Virus record (IMG/VR): IMGVR_UViG_3300025771_000143
Span: 1 to 27,736 of that record
DNA length: 27,736 nt
Strand: one strand, 5' to 3'
From: a virus
Taxonomy: Duplodnaviria > Caudoviricetes
This document shows positions 1 to 7,329 of this stretch, piece by piece. Made by a program: the position numbers and the translations under genes. Numbering within the stretch: the stretch's first letter is position 1; each line of letters starts with the position of its first letter. Below the pieces are notes generated by a model, which did not search any database, had not been told where the DNA came from, and saw only the letters and a program-made list of their open reading frames with translations.

Positions 1-291
1 ACCGTCACTGCGTATCTGTCTGACAACGTGGTAGCGCTGTACGCCAAGCGAGATATCGAAGATGCCATTGATGCGCTCTTCGGCTTCGATGCTGTGTCGT
101 TTGGTCAAACGATGTCGCTGGGCCAGTTCTATCGCTCTATCCAGAACGTGTTCGGTGTGGATTACGCCGTTATCAGCCTCTTTGATAATGATGGCTCTGC
201 GGTGGAAACCTCCATCACTGTTGACCCGCTAAGTCTTCCTAAGAAAGGAACGGTGGTCGTTACCGTCGCTGGCGGGATCACCAGTACCTGA
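1..291 (+). CDS. Baseplate J-like wedge protein, C-terminal end (5' truncated by window)
   Basis: Frame 1 is open from base 1 (TVTAYLSDNVVALYAK...). The IDALFGFDAVSFGQTMSLGQFYRSIQNVFGVDY pattern and terminal GG resemble baseplate J/gp47 C-termini; TGATG overlap with the next baseplate gene. Confidence 0.75.
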   Translation, partial: TVTAYLSDNVVALYAKRDIEDAIDALFGFDAVSFGQTMSLGQFYRSIQNVFGVDYAVISLFDNDGSAVETSITVDPLSLPKKGTVVVTVAGGITST

Positions 292-2231
292 TGGCACGGG
301 TATCGTTTACTCTTCGCAAGACCGGTATTGACCGGGGTTCTTACGCACGCTATGACATCGATGTCTTCAACACGGCGGCGTCCGCTGGCAATGCGGCCTC
401 TGCTGGTACATGGGTTGTCGACGACGACGCAGGTTCCAGAGACATTGACACGGCTCTCCGCTCTGACAACTATCAGATTCCCCCTAACGAGTTTGTTGAG
501 AGTTTCCTTGAGGCCACGGCTGTTGCTTACGGCGTGGTCAGCGTGGATTGGGGAGCAAACCTGCCTAGTGAAGAACTGGGTTCTATTCCCATCGCTACTA
601 GCGTGATTCTGGTCTACTCTTCCGCTGGACCCCCCGCAACTGTTTCTTCTGGAGATGTTCTTGCCGAATCGTCCACGGACTTTGCTTACGAGCACACCGG
701 CTTGGAAGGTGGGCGCTGGGCTTATTACACGTTGTTCATCAAATACGAATCGACAACGGCTGATCCGTACTACGAGCCTGTTGCCTCGGTCGAAGTACTA
801 GTGCCTTACAACTACGGATCTACTGCTCTTCTGTGGCGTAGGGTTCCGCAGTACTACCGAGAAGCAGACACCCGTATTGGTGACTACATCGATCCCACAT
901 CGGAGTTCGCCATCACCGAACTTGGTGGGCTACCGGTGGGCAACAAGGTTGGCCCCCTATACCGTTTCTTAGCCATATTCGGATTTGAGATGGATCGGGT
1001 TCGCACCATTATTGACTACCTGATGATCTCTAAGGACCCGGCAGAGGCCAACAGCGAAACGCTTGATGCCGTGGCAAACACTGTCGGTTTGGGCTTTTCA
1101 TCCAACATCATCAACACTGAGCGGCTTCGGGCCATACTCGATGATATCGGTTACCTACGGCGTGGTAAGGGCACCGTAGACGGCGTTGCCAACTATGGGC
1201 GTGCTTTCTCTGGTTCCGAGATCGAGGTTGACCAACTGAACCGCGAGATCAAGTTCTACGCTCAACGGGTCAACTACATCACCGATCCGCTGGATGCTAC
1301 GGGGTTGGTGACGCACCGCCCCGCTCATGAGGTCGAGGCCGTACGGCCCCGCTATAACCGAGGGTCATATGATCCCACGACGTACGTTGCTGGGAACTCC
1401 GCCACGTACCCGTCCAAGGGCAGTGATGAGTCTTACGTTCCGGGGATGTACTGGACCGCTGCTTCGGCCACGACATTTGAGGGCATCCCAGTTGGGGTTG
1501 GGGATTACATCGTTGCGTATGACGACGGGGGGTCTACTGCCTTCGCTGTACATGGCAACGACTTTGCTGCCACCAACTACAGCGCCTACACGACCTATGG
1601 CGTTGTGGGTGCTGATTACACTCCTAATAGTTCCGGGGCATCCGTTGGTGTGACTCACGTCATGTTCCACATTGATTGCCCGATTCCGGTGAAAGAGGCC
1701 GACAGCGTGGCCTTCTCAGTACACAGCACCATTGGTACGAGCGGTTTGAAGTGGGTTCGCCTTGTCGATGAGTCTGGGAACATCGTTGGATGGTCTGACG
1801 GAGTTACTCGCGCTGGAGACTCGCCTGCCGCTGAGGCAATAGCCGCCAGTAATCTCGACGGGGAATGGACAATTGCTTTTATCGAATTCCTTGTCGATAT
1901 GAGCGCCATATCGGCGTATCAGTTGAAGTACCTGCTGGCTGAGAGGAATCGTCTGGGAGAGTACTTCGACGGATCGTTCACACGTGGTGGCTGGATTCTC
2001 GACCCTGCCGGTAATAGCACCAGCGATTACCGCTGGTCCAGCGAAGGTAGCAATAACGGCAACGCCTACGAGTCAATCTCGGTCTACTCTGAGGACTATC
2101 GCCGTACTCGCTCCCTGCTGGATTCGTACTTCAGGCAGTCTCTGCCGGTCACGGTGTCGGAGTACTACGACTTCACGGCCTTCGATGCCATCCCCGGCAT
2201 GGATGCCATCGACACGTACTTGACGCCCTAG
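291..2231 (+). CDS. Baseplate wedge / tail protein with P2 gpI-like domain and extra beta-rich domains
   Basis: LWRRVPQYYREAD...GPLYRFLAIFGFEMD...LRAIL...RRGKGTVDGV matches the tail protein I pattern; directly follows baseplate J; G/S/T/Y-rich C-terminal half. Confidence 0.7.
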   Translation: MARVSFTLRKTGIDRGSYARYDIDVFNTAASAGNAASAGTWVVDDDAGSRDIDTALRSDNYQIPPNEFVESFLEATAVAYGVVSVDWGANLPSEELGSIPIATSVILVYSSAGPPATVSSGDVLAESSTDFAYEHTGLEGGRWAYYTLFIKYESTTADPYYEPVASVEVLVPYNYGSTALLWRRVPQYYREADTRIGDYIDPTSEFAITELGGLPVGNKVGPLYRFLAIFGFEMDRVRTIIDYLMISKDPAEANSETLDAVANTVGLGFSSNIINTERLRAILDDIGYLRRGKGTVDGVANYGRAFSGSEIEVDQLNREIKFYAQRVNYITDPLDATGLVTHRPAHEVEAVRPRYNRGSYDPTTYVAGNSATYPSKGSDESYVPGMYWTAASATTFEGIPVGVGDYIVAYDDGGSTAFAVHGNDFAATNYSAYTTYGVVGADYTPNSSGASVGVTHVMFHIDCPIPVKEADSVAFSVHSTIGTSGLKWVRLVDESGNIVGWSDGVTRAGDSPAAEAIAASNLDGEWTIAFIEFLVDMSAISAYQLKYLLAERNRLGEYFDGSFTRGGWILDPAGNSTSDYRWSSEGSNNGNAYESISVYSEDYRRTRSLLDSYFRQSLPVTVSEYYDFTAFDAIPGMDAIDTYLTP

Positions 2232-2249
2232 TAACTAGGCTGGTACAGT
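2220..2249 (+). promoter_or_regulatory. SigA/sigma70-type promoter
   Basis: TTGACG (2220-2225), 18 nt, TACAGT (2244-2249) with TG extended -10; SD GAGGAG at 2269-2274 precedes ATG 2280. Confidence 0.7.
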
Positions 2250-2279
2250 TCCTCCTCCCAACGAGCCAGAGGAGAGAAG

Positions 2280-3101
2280 ATGGCTACCCACATCATCATG
2301 GGCACCGGCCCGTGTTCAGAAGAGGCAGTAACGGAGGCGCTCCGAGATGCCCTGACCGACGGCGACACCATTGCTGTTGCGTGGTCCGGTTCCCCCGTGC
2401 CCGAGTCCCTCGGAGCCGTGTACGACTACATTCTCGACCACAACATCGACTTCGTGCTGTTCTACACCGATGAGCAGAAGGTCCACAGCGACTTCCGTGA
2501 GGCCGACCACGGCATCGTTCAGAAAGTCCGCAATCCCAACGCCAGCCTGATGAAGGCCCTCGATGGCAACGTCCTATTCCTCTGGAACGACGAGGAGGAG
2601 GATCTCATCAACTTCGTGTTCGACACCGAACCCGATGCCAAGGTGCTTGAGTTGAGCAACGGTCTTGCCCCCATCAGTGTCTCTGAGAACATTCCCGAGG
2701 TCGAGATTCCTGCCCCTGTGGTTGAGGAAGAGGAAGACGATTACTCCTACACCCGTGAGGAGTTGGAGACCGCCACGGCTTACGTCGTGAAGAGGTACGG
2801 GGAGCGCATGGGGTGCGAGGCCAAGACGAAGGCTGGCATCATTGCGGAACTGTTCCCTGAGGACGATGCTCCTGCTACGGAAGAGGCACCTGCGGTGCTT
2901 CCCGTCGCAGAAGAACCGGCACCCCCCAAGGAGCCTTCTGCTGAGTTGGATTCGGTCATTGAGTCGGGTCTTTTGGCTGGGTTGGATTCCGTCATTGCGT
3001 CCTTCTTCGACCACGCCCCTGAGACCCCCGATACTGCCATGGCTCGTCTCAAGTTGCACGAGGCTCGTATCTGGGTGACCCGAGTTATCGAGGGTCGTTG
3101 A
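2280..3101 (+). CDS. Acidic multidomain protein (SLOG-like alpha/beta N-terminus, HeH/Rho-N-like middle, Acb2/Tad1-like helical C-terminus; tentative)
   Basis: Good SD and own promoter, so the gene is solid. Domain calls are by-eye only: IIMGTG...RNPNASLM...VLFLWND; YTREELE...KTKAGIIAELF; AMARLKLHEARIWV. Confidence 0.5.
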   Translation: MATHIIMGTGPCSEEAVTEALRDALTDGDTIAVAWSGSPVPESLGAVYDYILDHNIDFVLFYTDEQKVHSDFREADHGIVQKVRNPNASLMKALDGNVLFLWNDEEEDLINFVFDTEPDAKVLELSNGLAPISVSENIPEVEIPAPVVEEEEDDYSYTREELETATAYVVKRYGERMGCEAKTKAGIIAELFPEDDAPATEEAPAVLPVAEEPAPPKEPSAELDSVIESGLLAGLDSVIASFFDHAPETPDTAMARLKLHEARIWVTRVIEGR

Positions 3102-3127
3102 CAGACCGCTAGTACCGGTGATACCCT
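3098..3127 (+). promoter_or_regulatory. SigA/sigma70-type promoter for the replication operon
   Basis: Perfect TTGACA (3098-3103), 18 nt, TACCCT (3122-3127) preceded by TG at 3119-3120. Confidence 0.7.
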
Positions 3128-3195
3128 GCGGGGGCACCTCTTGGGGTGTCTCCTCAGGTATGGGACGAGCGGCCTCTTCGGGGGCCGCTTGTCTC
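3121..3195 (+). terminator. Tandem GC-rich hairpins (terminator or structured 5' leader)
   Basis: Imperfect hairpin 3121-3161, then a 15-bp stem 3162-3195 (GGGACGAGCGGCCTC-TTCG-GGGGCCGCTTGTCTC) with a C(UUCG)G tetraloop and G-U pairs that only work on the + strand RNA; no long U tract. Confidence 0.6.
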
Positions 3196-3209
3196 GTCTA
3201 AGGAGAGAG

Positions 3210-3923
3210 ATGCCTACATTCGGAGCCGACCCAGATGTCCCCGAGAAAGATTGGGAAATGAGCGTTTCGACACCCCGTTACGTCAGCCGCCCCGTACGAG
3301 AACTGACGAACTACTTCGCCTACCACAAGGACATGCGAATGAGCCAGAGGTGTGACGAGGACGACAAAGTCAGACTCAACATACTGTTCTCCCGCAGGCT
3401 GAAGCAGGGCTTCTCCGCAGAGAGTATCAAGGCGACTATCGACAAGTTCTTCCAGTCCCCCGAGGGGCAGACCGCTTATCCTGCCCCGCTGTTCTGTACC
3501 AATGACGTACAGGCCACGCTGGTGGAGGGCGTAGAGATGCGTGCCAACGACAACGTATTGCAGTGGCTGGTGGATGGTATGCCCAATAACGACGACCTCT
3601 TTGAGGATTCCAGAGAGGTCCGTAAGGCTGTTCTGTTGACCTGTGACGAGGCCCTATTCAGGTACCCCACCGTGGTCGCAGAGATCCTGCGAGGCGATTC
3701 CAGAGAGTTCTATACCCGTCTCAGCGCTCTGGAAGGGCTGATCTTGTGGAACCTTGGTGAAGAGCACGACGTGGATGCCCTCCACCGAGACCTCGGAAGG
3801 GTGATGCTCCCCAAGGTCTTGACTACGAAGAAGCGTTCACCTAAGATGCTCGCCTCCCGTAAGCCCACCGTGCAGTTAGCCGTCGCATCAGAGACCGTCA
3901 AGAAAAGGCAGGAAGACTGGTGA
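3210..3923 (+). CDS. Hypothetical protein, possible replication initiator
   Basis: ATG 3210 follows SD AGGAG (the track's TTG start at 3141 lies in the hairpins). Function is inferred only from its position immediately upstream of, and overlapping, the DnaC-like gene. Confidence 0.45.
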   Translation: MPTFGADPDVPEKDWEMSVSTPRYVSRPVRELTNYFAYHKDMRMSQRCDEDDKVRLNILFSRRLKQGFSAESIKATIDKFFQSPEGQTAYPAPLFCTNDVQATLVEGVEMRANDNVLQWLVDGMPNNDDLFEDSREVRKAVLLTCDEALFRYPTVVAEILRGDSREFYTRLSALEGLILWNLGEEHDVDALHRDLGRVMLPKVLTTKKRSPKMLASRKPTVQLAVASETVKKRQEDW

Positions 3924-4486
3924 ATTACTCAACGCCTCTGGAATGGAAGAGCGAAGCGTGGTGGCGCAACCGCTCGACGGAGGAGCGCTTGTTCCATCTC
4001 CACATCCCCAAACGTATCCGTGAGAACATGGCTGACTGGGATGCCATCGACATCGGCCCCGACACCAACCTGTTCCTACAGGGGCCATCGGGTTCTGGTA
4101 AGTCGCTCATCGCCGCCCGCACCCTGACGAAGGTCATCAAGAACCACAAAGTGTCGGGGCGCTGGGTTGAGGCCGATGACTACATCGAGATGATCAAGGA
4201 CTCATTCGACAACGATGGCCTGCTCCCTGAGATGTACTCGTCCCCTCACGTGGTCAAGTATGTCAAGGGTGTGTTCGACGTGGTGGTCATTGACGGGTTA
4301 GGAGAAGAACGTCTGACCGAGTTTGCCAGCCACGAACTGGGAAGCCTCATCCGCAAGCGCTACGACAAGCAGAAGGCGACGATCATCACGTCACGCCTGT
4401 CGCTACAGGACATCAAGAACCGCTACGGGAGCCGTCTGGCTAACCCTCTGGCTGACTTCGATCTTGAGGTAGCCCGTGGAAGGTAA
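3920..4486 (+). CDS. DnaC/IstB-like AAA+ ATPase, helicase loader
   Basis: Walker A GPSGSGKS, Walker B-like VVVIDGLGEE, LIRKRY...TIITS motif, YGSRL; adjacent to DnaB. Confidence 0.85.
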   Translation: MNYSTPLEWKSEAWWRNRSTEERLFHLHIPKRIRENMADWDAIDIGPDTNLFLQGPSGSGKSLIAARTLTKVIKNHKVSGRWVEADDYIEMIKDSFDNDGLLPEMYSSPHVVKYVKGVFDVVVIDGLGEERLTEFASHELGSLIRKRYDKQKATIITSRLSLQDIKNRYGSRLANPLADFDLEVARGR

Positions 4487-4928
4487 CGACATCGCCCCCA
4501 CCACACACAAGCACATCGCTTGCTGGTTTGAGGACCTCATTATCACTCGCATGGAGGAGCCTGTGAAGCGCCGGTTCTTCCAGCGTGAGAAAGAGGTAAC
4601 AGAAGAAGAGTGGGTCAGGGCAGAGGTGCGGAAGTGGAAGATCAACGAGATGCCACTCAAGTCTCTCCACCACATGGTGAACCACCTCAACCTCGGAGTC
4701 GAGGTGTACACCTACATGGAGGATGAACTCGCAGATGCCGCCACTCACTGGCTGGCACGCAAGGGCATCTCCGTCACGGTCTACGCCTACAACGACCTCA
4801 ACGATCTGCGGGACGACTTTAAGTACAACCGTGACGTACACACTTTGTTCACGCCGTACGAGGATGACGCCGCCATGCTGGGTATGCGTGCTACGGTCAC
4901 CAGACCCGATGGGACATTTGGTATCTGA
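4476..4928 (+). CDS. Hypothetical protein, possibly degenerate HAD-like fold
   Basis: Overlaps both neighbours; alternating strand/helix pattern (HIACWFEDLI...VEVYTY...HWLARKGI) but no DxD motif. Confidence 0.45.
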   Translation: MEGNDIAPTTHKHIACWFEDLIITRMEEPVKRRFFQREKEVTEEEWVRAEVRKWKINEMPLKSLHHMVNHLNLGVEVYTYMEDELADAATHWLARKGISVTVYAYNDLNDLRDDFKYNRDVHTLFTPYEDDAAMLGMRATVTRPDGTFGI

Positions 4929-6178
4929 TGGCATCTATTGAGCACCTCGTAATCAGCAAGATCATTGAGGAGCAGTCGCTACACGAGGCTGTTCGCTCCG
5001 GCATCAAGCCGGTCTACTTCGCCAACGAGTGGGAGAAGGTGTACCAGTGGGTGCTGGATTACAACAACCAGCACGGGGCCGTCCCCTCCGAGCGAGCCTT
5101 CCACGTCGCCTACGGTGACATTGACATCGAGGACACGGGTGCTGAGACGTTCAGCGGCCTCTTCGACGAACTGCTCAATGCGTACCGCTCTCGCACCGTC
5201 ATTGCGGCGGTGTCGGATGCTATGGGGCCACTCGACAAGGACGACGTGTCCGAGGCCATGGCGATCCTGTCCAAGGGTCTCCAGTCAGCCAGCGCTGATA
5301 CGGCACGGCTCCGAGACTTCAACATCATCGAGAACTGGGAAGCCCGCTTTGAGCGCTACAAGGAAATGCGTGATACCCCTAACGCACTGCGTGGTATCCC
5401 TACTGGCTTCTCTGGGCTGGACCGCATTACCCACGGACTTCGCCCCCAGCAGTTCGTCGTCATGGTGGGCGAGCCGAAGCGAGGCAAGTCGCTGTTTGAG
5501 TTGATCATGGCTAACGCCTGCCACCGACACGGCCTGCGCCCCATGTTCATCTCCTTTGAGATGTCCGTAGCCGAGCAGGAGTCACGTTACGACGCACTCA
5601 ACGCCAAGGTCCCCTATGACCGCATCCTCAGCGGCCAGTTGTCTGAGGCTGAGATGGAGCGCATCCGCAAGTCCATGGTTCTCAGCAAGAACATGCAACC
5701 GTTCATCATGTCTGAGGACAGCAGTAGCCTGACCACGGTCAGCGCCATTGCCGCCAAGATTCAGGAGTACCAGCCCGACGCTGTGTACATCGACGGCATG
5801 TACCTCATGGACGACGAGCACGGGGAGCCAAAGGGCAGTCCGCAGGCTCTGACCAACATCACCCGGGGTACGAAGCGACTCGCTCAGCGGTTTGATATTC
5901 CTATCGTCGGAACGTCGCAGGTGCTATCTTGGAAACTCAACAACAAACGCACCCGAGCGATCACGGCGGACTCAATTGGCTACACATCATCTTTTGTGCA
6001 GGACTCTGACTTGGTACTGGGTGTTGAGCGCAACCCAGACCTCGACGACCAAGCCATTATCCGGGTGGTAGAGGCTCGTACAGCGGGCCACGCAGAAGTC
6101 CACGTCAAGTGGGACTGGCAGACCATGGAGTTTGAGGAGGTGTACGAAGTTGACGAAATCGACCCATCATTCGACTGA
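4928..6178 (+). CDS. dnaB: DnaB-like replicative DNA helicase
   Basis: GIPTGFSGLDRITHGL, Walker A GEPKRGKS, FISFEMS, VYIDGMYLM, LAQRFDIPIVGTSQ, VQDSDLVL. Confidence 0.95.
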   Translation: MASIEHLVISKIIEEQSLHEAVRSGIKPVYFANEWEKVYQWVLDYNNQHGAVPSERAFHVAYGDIDIEDTGAETFSGLFDELLNAYRSRTVIAAVSDAMGPLDKDDVSEAMAILSKGLQSASADTARLRDFNIIENWEARFERYKEMRDTPNALRGIPTGFSGLDRITHGLRPQQFVVMVGEPKRGKSLFELIMANACHRHGLRPMFISFEMSVAEQESRYDALNAKVPYDRILSGQLSEAEMERIRKSMVLSKNMQPFIMSEDSSSLTTVSAIAAKIQEYQPDAVYIDGMYLMDDEHGEPKGSPQALTNITRGTKRLAQRFDIPIVGTSQVLSWKLNNKRTRAITADSIGYTSSFVQDSDLVLGVERNPDLDDQAIIRVVEARTAGHAEVHVKWDWQTMEFEEVYEVDEIDPSFD

Positions 6179-6179
6179 C

Positions 6180-6440
6180 ATGGACATCGTGGATCGGCTG
6201 GAGTGGTGCGCCATCAGCACCCCCGAGATTCACCTGCTCAGGGAGGCCGCTCAGTACATCCGCAAGTTGAGAGAGGAACTGGCAGAGGCAACGGATGATC
6301 GCATCTTTGTGGTAGACGAGGACGATAACGAGATCGCAGTCATTGAGGGCAGTAACGCTGAACTCGTAAGGCGAGCGGCTCTGACTGAGTTCATCACTAA
6401 TAGTGTGTTGGAGAAAGCACGTGAGCAACAGGAGCAGTGA
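6180..6440 (+). CDS. Small hypothetical protein
   Basis: ATG 6180 right after the dnaB stop; MDIVDRL...LLREAAQYIRKLR is a common small phage protein pattern. Confidence 0.65.
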   Translation: MDIVDRLEWCAISTPEIHLLREAAQYIRKLREELAEATDDRIFVVDEDDNEIAVIEGSNAELVRRAALTEFITNSVLEKAREQQEQ

Positions 6441-7329
6441 CCTCGTTGAGGTTCTTTCGGGCCTCGGTGTTGAGATCAACAAGATTCAGAGCGATGAGAT
6501 CAACGGGCGGTGTCCCGTACACCACCGGATCAAGGGGCGAGAGAGCACTCGCTACTCGTGGTATCTCAACTGCGATACTGGTCTGTGGTTCTGCTTCTCC
6601 TGTGGTGGCCGGGGCAACCTGTCCATGCTCATCAGCGAACTGACTAACGACCCGTCCGCTCTGTGGAGCATCCAGTCGCACCTCATCACCTCCGGTCTTC
6701 AGCGACTGACGGAGAGCGAGCAGGAGGTCAGGCAGACTTACACCCCCATCGACTGGGGCCAGTACAGCAAGTTCCGCCCCCTGCCGATCCGTATGCGTGA
6801 ACTCCGCAGGCTCGATGAGGAAGTGACTGCCCGTTACGGTATCCGATGGGATACCACTAACAAGAGTGTGGTTATCCCCATCGTGTCCCCCGTCGGAGAG
6901 TTGTGGGGATGGCAGTTGAAGAAGACCGGTTGGGTCCGTAACCACCCGGAGGGCGTGCATAAGGGCGACACTCTGTTCGGTATCGAGCGTGCCCACGCGG
7001 AGACCGCGTTGCTTCTGGAGTCGCCTCTGGACGTGGTGCGTTTCCATAGCGTGTATGGGAAGCCTGATATCTCCGCTGTCGCCTCTTTCGGGGCCAATGT
7101 TTCGGAGCAGCAGATCCGGCTGCTGACTGACCGCTTTGACGGTTTGATCATTGCGCTCGACAACGACCCCACTGGCCGCATGGAGACTAAGCGTCTCCGT
7201 GACCGTCTCCCCTCTCTCCGTAACGGGACTAAGTACTGGAAGTACGAGACCGACGACAAGGACCTTGGGGCCATGTCGGACCACACGATCCTCCACGGCA
7301 TACGACAGGTAACCGCCGTATATGTTTAG
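6421..7329 (+). CDS. dnaG: DNA primase (CHC2 Zn finger + TOPRIM)
   Basis: CPVH...WFCFSC zinc finger, LLESPLDV, ALDND, KDLG; GTG 6421 preceded by GGAG. Confidence 0.9.
   Translation: MSNRSSDLVEVLSGLGVEINKIQSDEINGRCPVHHRIKGRESTRYSWYLNCDTGLWFCFSCGGRGNLSMLISELTNDPSALWSIQSHLITSGLQRLTESEQEVRQTYTPIDWGQYSKFRPLPIRMRELRRLDEEVTARYGIRWDTTNKSVVIPIVSPVGELWGWQLKKTGWVRNHPEGVHKGDTLFGIERAHAETALLLESPLDVVRFHSVYGKPDISAVASFGANVSEQQIRLLTDRFDGLIIALDNDPTGRMETKRLRDRLPSLRNGTKYWKYETDDKDLGAMSDHTILHGIRQVTAVYV

Noticed and set aside
3121-3195. tRNA or tRNA-like element
   Set aside because: Two independent hairpins; no cloverleaf, T-loop consensus or acceptor stem.
3141-3209. TTG-start extension of the ORF ending at 3923
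   Set aside because: Lies in the hairpin region; a good SD precedes ATG 3210.
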